Positions 31,095 through 40,380 of a stretch of 64,000 nt of DNA are shown in pieces. Position numbers and translations under genes: made by a program. The stretch is from Candidatus Heimdallarchaeota archaeon. GTDB lineage: Archaea > Asgardarchaeota > Heimdallarchaeia > Heimdallarchaeales > Heimdallarchaeaceae. Within the stretch, counting starts at the first letter, position 1, and the number at the start of each line of letters is the position of its first letter. Below the pieces are notes generated by a model. It was given only the letters and a program-made list of their open reading frames with translations. It searched no databases and was not told the origin of the DNA. Location: NCBI GenBank assembly GCA_030603365.1, contig JAUVXV010000001.1, forward strand, positions 384,001-448,000. The letters run 5' to 3'.

Positions 31095-32009
31095 TTATGA
31101 AACGATTTCTGTGTAATCATTAATTTCTTCTAAAGTAATTGCGTTAACAGGACATACATTTACACAAATCCCACAAGCTTTGCAGTAAGCTTTGATGACC
31201 TTTACTGTATCTCCTTCTTTGTGAATTGTTCCTTCAGGACAATGAAAGAAACATTGCAGACACTGGATGCATTTTTCTTGATCAACTATAGCTTTCTTGT
31301 GACTCCATACTCCTGTTATTCTTGAAACAGCTGCCCCTGGACCAATCATCTGACCTGATTCTAGTTTCATTTTTGGTATAATTGTTCCAACAGGTAAATC
31401 ATTAACAGTAGGTAACCACGTCTGTATTTTTGTATTATTTCCTCCCCCCTTAGTTTTCCCAAAAATGGTTTCCTCAAAAGCTATTCGTGCAGCTTCAACA
31501 TTCATCTTAGCCATTCTATCTCCCAAACGATCCCCAAAAACAGACATTATTCCTTTCTCTAAATCTTCAAAAGTGATGATTTCAGTGCTTTTGATCAAAG
31601 CTCCTAACATTGCACTATTAACAACAGGTTCTACTAAGAATTCCTTAGCTATTTTAGTAGCATCTACAACTGCTACTTTTGTAGGTTTAGATAGTTTGAT
31701 TTGATCGGGTTTCTTAGACGAGTTTAAAACCCCCATTCCTTTTGGTTTTAGACCTTGTGCTACATCAACCAATTCAAGAAGAGAATCATCTAAGACTACA
31801 ATAATATCTGGTTCGTAAATTTGAGTTCTTTTGTAAATTTTCTTATCATCAATTCGAGCAAATGCCAATACCAGAGCTCCTCTCCTCTCAGCGCCGAATG
31901 ATGGGATCGCTATAGCATGTTTTCCAGCATAAAATACAGCTTTAGTAAATGCTCTAGATGCTAATACAGAACCTGTTCCACCTCTGCCATGGAATCGGAT
32001 TTCTAACAT
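31095..32009 (-). CDS. 2-oxoacid:ferredoxin oxidoreductase gamma-delta fusion
   Basis: EIRFHGRGG.G, SFGAERRG, then TG.W and two CxxCxxCxxxCP motifs. Confidence 0.92.
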   Translation of the reverse strand: MLEIRFHGRGGTGSVLASRAFTKAVFYAGKHAIAIPSFGAERRGALVLAFARIDDKKIYKRTQIYEPDIIVVLDDSLLELVDVAQGLKPKGMGVLNSSKKPDQIKLSKPTKVAVVDATKIAKEFLVEPVVNSAMLGALIKSTEIITFEDLEKGIMSVFGDRLGDRMAKMNVEAARIAFEETIFGKTKGGGNNTKIQTWLPTVNDLPVGTIIPKMKLESGQMIGPGAAVSRITGVWSHKKAIVDQEKCIQCLQCFFHCPEGTIHKEGDTVKVIKAYCKACGICVNVCPVNAITLEEINDYTEIVS

Positions 32010-32065
32010 CTAGTATCACTATATTTCAAAAACCCCAAGTACAATATAAGATTGTTGAAAGAACA

Positions 32066-32626
32066 TCACTCTGTCTTCTTAATAGATTCAAGATCCTTTT
32101 CTACCAACCAGCGGTTGAACTCTGTAGCCAATGATATTTCTTTTGTTTTAGTTACCTTCTTCTTCCTCAATCTTTCTTCAAGTTTCATTTTTTCAAGAAA
32201 CAGAGGAATGATCCTACTCATATCGACTGCATATAAATCGAAGAGAAAAGCTATAGGCTGAAAATAGATCTGAAGGAACTGTTCAAATTCGTCGAAGCAT
32301 ATCATGAGCTCTTTATGAGTTTCTCTTGAAACAACTAGATTGACAATTGTAACAGTTTTTCTTTTTAAACGAAAATCTTTTGCATCCAAGTTTTTTAGGT
32401 TTAAAGCATATGCGAAGAGAAATAAATCATCGTTTATTTTTGTAGAAGCCAATCCTTTGATATCTTGGTTTTGCATCATACCCATTAGTGTGGGATATGT
32501 TGTTAGCATAATTTCTAATTTCATATCTTCAATATCTGATGCAAAAATCTCAAAACCATTATCAGCAAAATAAACTATAGTGAAACCTTCGATTTTCTTT
32601 TTTTCAGTATCCAGTAGTGTTGTCAA
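32066..32626 (-). CDS. Hypothetical protein (possible longin/uDENN-like fold)
   Basis: 186-aa ORF; beta-beta-alpha-beta-beta-beta-alpha pattern with D.R motif. Confidence 0.6.
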   Translation of the reverse strand: MTTLLDTEKKKIEGFTIVYFADNGFEIFASDIEDMKLEIMLTTYPTLMGMMQNQDIKGLASTKINDDLFLFAYALNLKNLDAKDFRLKRKTVTIVNLVVSRETHKELMICFDEFEQFLQIYFQPIAFLFDLYAVDMSRIIPLFLEKMKLEERLRKKKVTKTKEISLATEFNRWLVEKDLESIKKTE

Positions 32627-32724
32627 CTTGCTTCATAATCTCTCCTCAAGTTTATTATAAAAACCCCAATTTGCTTAGTACAATTCAGTAAGGTAATTAT
32701 AGAAGAGATTATGTTAACCAAACA

Positions 32725-33444
32725 ATGGAAAAGAAGCTTCTTAAACGCATGGAGAATTTCAAAAATACTCCTGATAGATTAAAATTTTACTTGTTAAAGG
32801 AATTGTCGGAATTAACTGATGATAAAAGAATCAATGATTTTCTTTTAAACGTGGTTGAAAATGAAAAATACGACAAAATCCGAATTAATGCTGTTCTTCT
32901 TTTAAAGAAATTTGAAAATGATTCTACTATTGAAAAACTAAAAACAATTTATGCTTTTGAGCATGATAAAAGTGTAAGGCTGGTGATTGTTGAAACGCTT
33001 GGAGATATGAACTCTGTTGATGTTGACGATTTCTTTCAAACTATTGCTATAAAAGATCTTAACGATGTTATTCGTGCCGCATCTATCAGAATTTTACACG
33101 AGAGAGGTAAGTTGGAGAAATCTATTGCGCTTGATTTATTGGTGGATGTTATTCAGAATGATTCCTCTGTTTTTCCAAAGCAAATCGCATTAAGCTCTCT
33201 TTCCCACTATGCTAATAATTCCACATATGGAATTATAAAAAAAGTGTTTATTAGAGAAGAAATGATTCAAATGAAAAAACTTTTTTATAGAACTTTAAAA
33301 GAAATTTCCTCAAAACTAAATCAAGAATTAGATGTTGATGAACCTCAAGATCCTATAGTAGAGGATACTAAGAAAGCAAGAAAAAAGAGGAGAAAAGAGC
33401 GAAAAAAGAAGAAGTTAGACAAAGATGATTATGTGTATTTTTAG
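32725..33444 (+). CDS. HEAT-repeat protein with basic tail
   Basis: IRINAVLLL, VRLVIVETLG, IRAASIRIL repeats; K/R-rich end. Confidence 0.8.
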   Translation: MEKKLLKRMENFKNTPDRLKFYLLKELSELTDDKRINDFLLNVVENEKYDKIRINAVLLLKKFENDSTIEKLKTIYAFEHDKSVRLVIVETLGDMNSVDVDDFFQTIAIKDLNDVIRAASIRILHERGKLEKSIALDLLVDVIQNDSSVFPKQIALSSLSHYANNSTYGIIKKVFIREEMIQMKKLFYRTLKEISSKLNQELDVDEPQDPIVEDTKKARKKRRKERKKKKLDKDDYVYF

Positions 33445-33507
33445 ACAATATGCATGATTTCAGTTAGAATGGAATTAAAACAATTCAAGAGAAAAATATG
33501 TTTTGGT

Positions 33508-34164
33508 CTAATTTTTCTTTTCTGGCTTCTGGGCTACTACCCAGATATAACCTCTTCTATCTTTTGGTCGAACTAACCTTACTTCTTTTGCTATTGAATA
33601 TATTTTCCACCCCTTAAGTGCTTGTTTAATTTCTGACATGGTGATGAATCTTAAGGGTGGTTCTGTCTTAAAATGAGGTTTAACATTTCCACCATACAGA
33701 AAGAATCCTCCTGGTTTTACAGCATCGAGTAGTTCATACATTTTTGGTAATGCATGATCAAACAAATATTGTAAGCACTGAATTGCAGACACAACATCAT
33801 AACTCTCTGGTTGTGTTTCATAGGTATCTATATCTGTAAGAAGAATTTTCATCTTCTCTCTTACACCTAATGCGGTTGCACGTTTTTCAGTAATGTCTAT
33901 AGCTGATGGTAGTATATCAATAGCTTCAACATTATATCCTAATTGAGCTAGAAAACATGCATATCTCCCATCTCCAGCTCCAAGCTCAATTGCAGTTTTT
34001 CCCTCATGTTCTTTACCTTGTGTGAAGAAAAAGAACTCTAGTAGTGCATAATGAACATAATGGGGTGGTAACTCATCGAGTTTCTCCTCTGATTGCTTCT
34101 TGTATAGATTATCCCAACCTTCCATATATTTATCGGGAATAGACGAGGGATATCTTTTTGTCAT
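33508..34164 (-). CDS. Class I SAM-dependent methyltransferase (TehB-like)
   Basis: IELGAGDGR, AIDI, VKPGG; start moved to ATG 34164 because the upstream extension overlaps the divergent gene and its promoter. Confidence 0.88.
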   Translation of the reverse strand: MTKRYPSSIPDKYMEGWDNLYKKQSEEKLDELPPHYVHYALLEFFFFTQGKEHEGKTAIELGAGDGRYACFLAQLGYNVEAIDILPSAIDITEKRATALGVREKMKILLTDIDTYETQPESYDVVSAIQCLQYLFDHALPKMYELLDAVKPGGFFLYGGNVKPHFKTEPPLRFITMSEIKQALKGWKIYSIAKEVRLVRPKDRRGYIWVVAQKPEKKN

Positions 34165-34316
34165 GTTGTAAAACAATATTAGATATTTATAACCCTCTTG
34201 GATTAATATCTTCCTCCTTTTGCTTAGATTTTTAAGAAAGAAAAATTTAATTATTAGTATCTTATAAGGGCGAAAGAGTTTAGTATTCAAAAGAGAAAAA
34301 TTGTTAGGGAGATAAA

Positions 34317-35999
34317 ATGAACTTAAGGAAAATCTTGATTGCAAGTGGTATAATATTATTAGTGCTTAATTTAACACCTTCTTTTTCTGAAGCGAAAGAA
34401 AGCCCTCAAACAGATTCAAGTCTAATTGTTAACCAAGAAGTGAATTTCTATTTCAATGTTACAACCATGTACACTGAAATTTCAATTCGAAGTGATGGTT
34501 CTATAGATATTTATTATTTAATTCAATTCTTTAATCATCCAAATTCCTCATATAGTGAGCCTATATGGGTTTTTGATATTGGTTTTCCAAATGTCTATTA
34601 TGATCTTGATTCTGTAAGAGCAAAAATAAATGGTACGGAAATTACAGATATTAACAAAAGTCCTTATGTTGATATAGGCGTAGAAGTGATTCTTGGTTCG
34701 TATGCCGTTCCTTTGGGATACACTGGTGTTCTAGAAGTGTGGTGTCATAATCCAATAATGGTTTATGAAGATGAAAATGAAGGCTTTGGATCTACTGTCT
34801 TTCTACAAACATGGTTTGATTTCCAATATGTTTACCATCAAACCTTTAGAACTGTTCGATTTTATTTCCCCGATGGTTTGGAAGACATAACTGTGGTGGA
34901 ACCGCGTGTTTATGATAGAGGTGATTTTACGGTATTTGAACACCCTACAGATAACGCTCTATCTTATGTTCAATTTTATTATATAGGTTATCCTGATGAT
35001 GGCTATTGGGTTGGTGTAGCTTTTCCTAAAGATTATGCAAGAATTTTCAGTTCATTCTGGCGATTGAAGGTTTTTGGAAACATTATACAGAATCCTTTTT
35101 TTACAGTCGTTATTGCTTTAATAATCCTCGGAATCATTGCTCTTAGTATCAATAAAAGAAGAAATAAGAGAAAATATCTTCCCCCATCAATCAGTTCTTT
35201 GGGCGGGGGGGTAAGAGAAGGTCTAGAGCCTTCAGAAGTAGCGATTTTACTTGAAAGACCATTAACGCAAGTAGCTTCTTTAATGTTATTTGAAATGATG
35301 GAAAAAGGGTATTTAGCTATAAAACAGACATCACCAGCTCTAAGAATGGATGTTACAATAAGTACAGAGGCTGCAAGAGAATTACCCAAATATCAAAGAA
35401 CAATAATCGGAGGGATAAAAAATAGAAATAAAGAAGATATCAAATGGGAAAAGGGTGCTTCATCTGGAGCAATTCCGCCTGAACCTGTTCATCAAGATGC
35501 AATTAAGAGTGCTTTAGTTACTCAAATTAAATCAGTTACTAAAAAGATGAAAGGATTTTCAGCTAGAAAGTCTAGAGATTATTATGAAGCAGTTATAGAT
35601 AGAGCTTGGCAGGAAATGGATAAATCCAAACCAGAATTGAAGAATGCTTTCCTATGGATAATGGTAGATGAGAAGTATGAGCAACAACTTGAGAAATCTG
35701 GTGGAAACTATTACTACCCAAGATGGTATGTGTTTAGTTACTACCTCTATGTTGGAGGACCTCGTCCAACAACTAGAGGTCATTATACAAGAATCCCCTC
35801 CCATAGAAGTATCTCACATGCAGCTCCTGTGAATACTTTTATGTCTGGATTAATTCATAAACCTCAATCTCTCCACAATTCTATAAGGAACATTACTCGA
35901 CCTCCATCAACTAGCTCAGGAAGAAGTGGTGGTGGCGGTGGCGGAGGGTGTGCATGTGCTTGTGCATGTGCTTGTGCTTGTGCAGGAGGCGGAAGATGA
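34317..35999 (+). CDS. DUF2207-like membrane protein with C-terminal G7-(CA)6-GGGR tail; candidate radical SAM substrate
   Basis: Signal peptide, ISI.SDGS extracellular domain, one TM, L.P.EVA.LL cytoplasmic domain, Cys-Ala tail. Confidence 0.82.
   Translation: MNLRKILIASGIILLVLNLTPSFSEAKESPQTDSSLIVNQEVNFYFNVTTMYTEISIRSDGSIDIYYLIQFFNHPNSSYSEPIWVFDIGFPNVYYDLDSVRAKINGTEITDINKSPYVDIGVEVILGSYAVPLGYTGVLEVWCHNPIMVYEDENEGFGSTVFLQTWFDFQYVYHQTFRTVRFYFPDGLEDITVVEPRVYDRGDFTVFEHPTDNALSYVQFYYIGYPDDGYWVGVAFPKDYARIFSSFWRLKVFGNIIQNPFFTVVIALIILGIIALSINKRRNKRKYLPPSISSLGGGVREGLEPSEVAILLERPLTQVASLMLFEMMEKGYLAIKQTSPALRMDVTISTEAARELPKYQRTIIGGIKNRNKEDIKWEKGASSGAIPPEPVHQDAIKSALVTQIKSVTKKMKGFSARKSRDYYEAVIDRAWQEMDKSKPELKNAFLWIMVDEKYEQQLEKSGGNYYYPRWYVFSYYLYVGGPRPTTRGHYTRIPSHRSISHAAPVNTFMSGLIHKPQSLHNSIRNITRPPSTSSGRSGGGGGGGCACACACACACAGGGR
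35949..35984 (+). repeat. Hexanucleotide repeat (TGTGCW)x6 encoding (Cys-Ala)6
   Basis: tgt gca tgt gct tgt gca tgt gct tgt gct tgt gca; variation only at the Ala wobble position. Confidence 0.95.
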
Positions 36000-37339
36000 T
36001 GAATTTATCAGAATTACTGAACAGATTTAGAATAACAAGAAAATCAGAGATGTTCCACCAAAGGAATCTAGATACCACTTCAAGAATGCATCTGCGGAAA
36101 GAAAGGAAAGGAAAGAGTCTTCTCTTAGTTAATGCAACCATGATTTTTCATTTAAACAAGACAGCAACAGACTTTGCTTCTCGAATCATTGATGGTAAAG
36201 ATGATGCTGAAATAATAAGAGAAATGAAAAGGAAATATCGCGTTTCAGAGGAGCAATTGAAAACAGATTTGGATGATCTAAGGAACTCCATTAACCGTCT
36301 ATTAGATGAACCTGATATTGACCCTGTTCAACACCTGTCTCAAGATGTAAGCCCTTTGCTAGAAGCATCCTTTTCGGCACCTTTGAGAATGGATCTTGCA
36401 ATTACATATAGATGTAACAACAAATGTTCAAAGTGCTATGTTGAGAATTACAGAGATGTTAGAGAATTATCAACTATTGAATGGAAAAAAGTTCTAGACA
36501 ATCTTTGGAAAATAGGCATTCCACACGTTACTTTTACTGGTGGAGAACCTACAATAAGACAAGACCTTCCAGATCTTGTTGAATATGCTGAAGATCTTGG
36601 AATAATAACTGGTTTAATTACAAATGGAAGGAAACTCAAAAATGCTAAATTAGTAAACAAACTAGTAAATGCAGGAATTGACCATTTTCAGGTAACGATT
36701 GAAAGTCATGATGCTTCAATACATGATTCAATGTGTGGTGAAAGAGGATCATGGCAAGAAACAGTTGAAGGAATAAAGAATATTGTTCCAACTCCTGTTT
36801 ATATTATGACTAACACAACCTTGACCCCTTATAATATCAAAGATATTGAAAAAACTGTCGAATTTCTTCATTCTATAGGGATTGAGAAGTTTGCAGCAAA
36901 TAGCATTATCAAATCTGGTGGAGGAAAACAAGAGGATTTAGCAATCTCTGTCGAAGAACTAGATGAAGCTCTAACGAAAATTATGAATAAAGCTTATGAA
37001 CTAGGTATGAGTTTTATTTGGTACAGTCCAACAAGATATTGCGATTTTAATCCTATAGACAAAGGATTGGGGATGAAGCAATGTTCAGCTGCTCATATAG
37101 CCATGGCTATCGAACCGGATGGGGAAGTAATACCATGTCAGAGCTATTTTGAAACTCTAGGAAACATTCTTACAACTAGATGGGGTAAAATCTGGAACCA
37201 TAAAACCTCAAGAAAATTAAGAAATATGAAATATCTTCAAGAGGAATGCTTAGATTGTCCTGAAAGAGAAGTGTGCGGTGGAGGGTGCCCATTAAATTAT
37301 GCTGCACCCATGAATATTTGTAAAACCCCATTCTCCTAA
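35996..37339 (+). CDS. Radical SAM/SPASM protein with N-terminal PqqD/RRE domain (peptide-modifying type)
   Basis: LNKTA...IIDG...II.EM...Y.V..EQL..DL RRE pattern; CNNKCSKC; FTGGEP; SPASM CSAA...DGEVIPC...CLDC.....CGGGC...C; ATGA overlap with upstream stop. Confidence 0.93.
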   Translation: MMNLSELLNRFRITRKSEMFHQRNLDTTSRMHLRKERKGKSLLLVNATMIFHLNKTATDFASRIIDGKDDAEIIREMKRKYRVSEEQLKTDLDDLRNSINRLLDEPDIDPVQHLSQDVSPLLEASFSAPLRMDLAITYRCNNKCSKCYVENYRDVRELSTIEWKKVLDNLWKIGIPHVTFTGGEPTIRQDLPDLVEYAEDLGIITGLITNGRKLKNAKLVNKLVNAGIDHFQVTIESHDASIHDSMCGERGSWQETVEGIKNIVPTPVYIMTNTTLTPYNIKDIEKTVEFLHSIGIEKFAANSIIKSGGGKQEDLAISVEELDEALTKIMNKAYELGMSFIWYSPTRYCDFNPIDKGLGMKQCSAAHIAMAIEPDGEVIPCQSYFETLGNILTTRWGKIWNHKTSRKLRNMKYLQEECLDCPEREVCGGGCPLNYAAPMNICKTPFS

Positions 37340-37358
37340 TTTTTTTCTGGTGCTCGAA

Positions 37359-38114
37359 ATGTCAAACAGAACCAAAGATGTTAACTGGGGACCAGAAATT
37401 CATGAACAATTCAAGAGACAAGCTAAATGGACTGAAGATTTTAGATCTCAAATTTATCGCCAAATAAATCTCAGGAACGCAAAGAGAGTTTTAGAAGTGG
37501 GATGTGGAACAGGCGTAATAACCAATGAACTAAAACAGAAAACTTCTGCTAAAATTACTGCAATTGATTCTGATGAAAACATGGTAGAAATAGCAGAAAA
37601 AAATGTTGTAGATGTCAAATTCTTAGCTGAAAACGTTGAAAAATTAACTATGAAAGACAATTTTTTTGATGTAATTTTGTGTCAGTATCTTTTTCTTTGG
37701 TTATCAAATCCCAAGATAGCAATAAGCGAAATGGTTAGAGTGTGTAAAAAGGGAGGACACGTTGTAGCTTTAGCAGAACCAGATTACGGAGCATGGATCG
37801 AATATCCTGAATTGAATTTAGGGGAAAAGCACATTGAATATCTCAAAAGTGAGGGCGCTGATCCATTCATGGGAAGAAAGATACTCAGTTTATTTGAAGG
37901 AGCAGGTTTACAGACTAACCTTATTACTATAGCTCAGAGCTGGAATCAAGAGAATCTTAAAAACAATATTGAAGAAGAATGGCAAAGAGTATTAGAAGCT
38001 AACTTGATTACCGAAGAAGAATATTCACGTATTATTAAAAAAGAAATGGATCTGATTAGAGAGAATCAAAGAATGATTTTTATGCCAGTTTTTTGCGCAA
38101 TTGGAAGAAAGTAG
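37359..38114 (+). CDS. Class I SAM-dependent methyltransferase
   Basis: VLEVGCGTG, AIDSD, FDVI, EMVRVCKKGG; 19 nt after the radical SAM gene. Confidence 0.9.
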   Translation: MSNRTKDVNWGPEIHEQFKRQAKWTEDFRSQIYRQINLRNAKRVLEVGCGTGVITNELKQKTSAKITAIDSDENMVEIAEKNVVDVKFLAENVEKLTMKDNFFDVILCQYLFLWLSNPKIAISEMVRVCKKGGHVVALAEPDYGAWIEYPELNLGEKHIEYLKSEGADPFMGRKILSLFEGAGLQTNLITIAQSWNQENLKNNIEEEWQRVLEANLITEEEYSRIIKKEMDLIRENQRMIFMPVFCAIGRK

Positions 38115-38136
38115 TTCTTTTAAAATAAAAGAAAGG

Positions 38137-38291
38137 TGGTCGGGCTTCCGTGATTTGAACACGGGACCGCTCGGTCTCTACCGGCTGACGCCTTGATCAT
38201 TGCTCACAAGGGTGTCATATGACTACAGCCGAGAGCTCTAAGCCATTTCTCTGAGTTCACACACAATGAGACTCATCTGAGCTAAAGCCCG
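38137..38291 (-). tRNA. tRNA-Tyr(GUA) with encoded CCA and two introns (about 38246-38276 in the D-loop; 38176-38222 at 37/38)
   Basis: Minus strand: acceptor CGGGCTT/AAGCCCG with C1:G72 and A73, D-stem GCTC/GAGC, anticodon stem CTCGG/CCGAG with CT-GTA-G, T arm CCGTG-TTCAAAT-CACGG; removing 31+47 nt gives 77 nt. Confidence 0.93.
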
Positions 38292-38456
38292 ATGTTTATC
38301 CACACATTTTTTCCTTCTACTCTATTCTTAAATTTTTCTTTTCTAATCTATAATTTATTTACTGATATCCTTCTACTTAATGCCTTGATTTCTAATATGA
38401 AATACCCCATTTAAGTAAACTTAAAAGTAAGTTCTTCTTACTTTTACTCGATAATT

Positions 38457-38939
38457 ATGAGCGAATCCAACGTGCATTATTATAAGCTTTTAGAGCGTCA
38501 ATATGATATTGAAGAAGAACTCCATAAAAAATTGAGTGATCTTCAGGACTTAAGAAAAAAGATTGCAGACCTGAATAAAGGTAAAGCTAAGGATAATAGA
38601 GAAAAAGAAGAACATCTAATAAAGAAGGCTGAGTTTGAGGGTAAAGCTTTGGCGGACAAAGCACTTAAGAGTGAAGTCAAAGCCATGAATCAGGATACTC
38701 AAATAGCTAAGAAAGATGCTAAAATCAAGGAATTAGAACGTAAGATCCTAAAAGTAGAAGAGGAAATCGATGACCTTGAATCAGAGTTTAGTGAAGCTGA
38801 AGCTGATGTTAAAGCTCATGAGACTGGTGTTCCTGATGATGAACCTGTAGTCGAATCTTATGAACCATCGGTTTTAGATGATTCTGAAGAAGAATATGAT
38901 GAAGACAAACCAGTTGATGATCTTAGTTATCAAGACTAG
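38457..38939 (+). CDS. Hypothetical coiled-coil protein with acidic tail
   Basis: Continuous heptads, D/E-rich end. Confidence 0.75.
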   Translation: MSESNVHYYKLLERQYDIEEELHKKLSDLQDLRKKIADLNKGKAKDNREKEEHLIKKAEFEGKALADKALKSEVKAMNQDTQIAKKDAKIKELERKILKVEEEIDDLESEFSEAEADVKAHETGVPDDEPVVESYEPSVLDDSEEEYDEDKPVDDLSYQD

Positions 38940-39040
38940 AATTCTTATATTTTCTTCTTTTTTATATTTTCTTTTCTAAATTTTGTCTTTCCAAGAAATT
39001 TATTTATAGCTATCTTTTCTATTCCTCTAGGTGACATATT

Positions 39041-39424
39041 ATGGAATTGTACGGTACAGCTGATTGGAAAACTGAAAAACATGTGCCAGTAATTGAAGTT
39101 GCTGATGTAATTAAGACAGGCGAAAAAACTCCTGTGATTGTAAGTGTAGGAAAAGAAATTACTCATCCTAACAAAACAGAGCACCATATATCTTGGATTA
39201 AGCTTATGTTTTGGCCAGAAGAAGAGAAATATCCTTATCAAATTGGTTTAGTCAATTTTGATGCTCATGGTGCCTCACTCAAGGGACCTGATTCAAGTGG
39301 AGTTTATTCTGAACCCTATGCAGTTTTTCACATAAAAACTGACAAACCAGGAAAACTAATTGCAACCTCTTACTGTAATATACACGGCTTTTGGAAATAC
39401 GAAAAAGAAGTAAAGGTAGAGTAA
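39041..39424 (+). CDS. Superoxide reductase (neelaredoxin / class II SORL)
   Basis: EKHVP, HP...EHHI.WI, YCNIHG; AGGTGA RBS. Confidence 0.93.
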   Translation: MELYGTADWKTEKHVPVIEVADVIKTGEKTPVIVSVGKEITHPNKTEHHISWIKLMFWPEEEKYPYQIGLVNFDAHGASLKGPDSSGVYSEPYAVFHIKTDKPGKLIATSYCNIHGFWKYEKEVKVE

Positions 39425-39516
39425 ACACTTACTCTTTTTCTTTAATTTTTCTTTAAAATTCTTGATTTTTTACTTTTTTTGGAATTGTCCAATAGAAATA
39501 AGATTATGAAAAATAA

Positions 39517-40299
39517 TTGTTAAATATGAAAGATATTGAATCCTTAGAACAAAAAGATTTTTTTGAACTGTTCTTACAGGATGGGGAATATCCTTTTTCA
39601 GGTTGGGATTTCTCATATGTAGCAAACAGGATGGTTACAGCACCACTAACTTGGAGTTATAGTACAGAGATTTTACCTTATATCAGAAACGCACAGTCTT
39701 TATTAGATCTGGGTACAGGCGGAGGAGAATTCCTATCCAAGCTAAATCCTTTCCCTCCCCACACATGTGCTACAGAATCTTATGATCCTAATGTCCTTCT
39801 TGCGAAAAAACGTTTGTCTCCTTTAGGTATCAATGTGGTTAAGATTGATGATGATGACAATCTCCCATTCGAAGATGGAGAATTTGAGTTAATAATCAAT
39901 AGACATGAGTCTTTTTCAGTAAATGAGGTCTACAGAATTTTAACTCCCAGAGGGTATTTCATAACTCAACAAGTGGGAGGAAAGAATGATCAACTGCTAA
40001 GAGAGATGCTTGACAACAAGAAAGAAGGGGCTTATGAGCACTGGACATTAGACTATGAGATTGAAGAATTAGTGAATAATGGGTTTGAAGTTTTAAAAAA
40101 GAAAGAAGCATTTCCTATTACTCGTTTCTTTGATGTAGGTGCGATTGTTTTCTACATGTTTGCAGCACCTTGGGAGATACCTGGTTTTTCTGTTGAAAAA
40201 TATCGCGATAAGCTATGGGAGGTTCACAATGTGATTGAGGATAATGGTTATATGGATGTCATCAGTCATAGATTTTTCATTAGAGCAAGAAAGATTTGA
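39517..40299 (+). CDS. Class I SAM-dependent methyltransferase
   Basis: FSGWDFS, LDLGTGGGE, LPF.D..F.LIINRH, TQQVG. Confidence 0.9.
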   Translation: MLNMKDIESLEQKDFFELFLQDGEYPFSGWDFSYVANRMVTAPLTWSYSTEILPYIRNAQSLLDLGTGGGEFLSKLNPFPPHTCATESYDPNVLLAKKRLSPLGINVVKIDDDDNLPFEDGEFELIINRHESFSVNEVYRILTPRGYFITQQVGGKNDQLLREMLDNKKEGAYEHWTLDYEIEELVNNGFEVLKKKEAFPITRFFDVGAIVFYMFAAPWEIPGFSVEKYRDKLWEVHNVIEDNGYMDVISHRFFIRARKI

Positions 40300-40327
40300 A
40301 TGATTTAAATAGAATTTAATAGAAAGG

Positions 40328-40377
40328 TTTATTAAGTTACCATCCCACTGGATGTTGAGTAACATCTGGGTGAATGT
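40328..40377 (+). promoter_or_regulatory. TATA box followed by two quasi-palindromic operator boxes
   Basis: TTTATTAA at 40328-40335; cCATCC-N4-GGATGt at 40340-40355 and ACATCt-N4-gaATGT at 40362-40377, just before the RHH gene start. Confidence 0.55.
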
Positions 40378-40380
40378 TGT

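Noticed and set aside
34165-34344. 59-aa N-terminal extension of the methyltransferase in the ORF track
   Set aside because: It covers the AT-rich divergent promoter and overlaps the opposite gene; composition is not protein-like.
35948-35995. N-terminal MCMCLCMCLCLC extension of the radical SAM ORF, and the antisense HKHKHMH ORF (35911-36141)
   Set aside because: Both are alternative-frame readings of the Cys-Ala repeat; the ATGA overlap at 35996 is the more plausible start.
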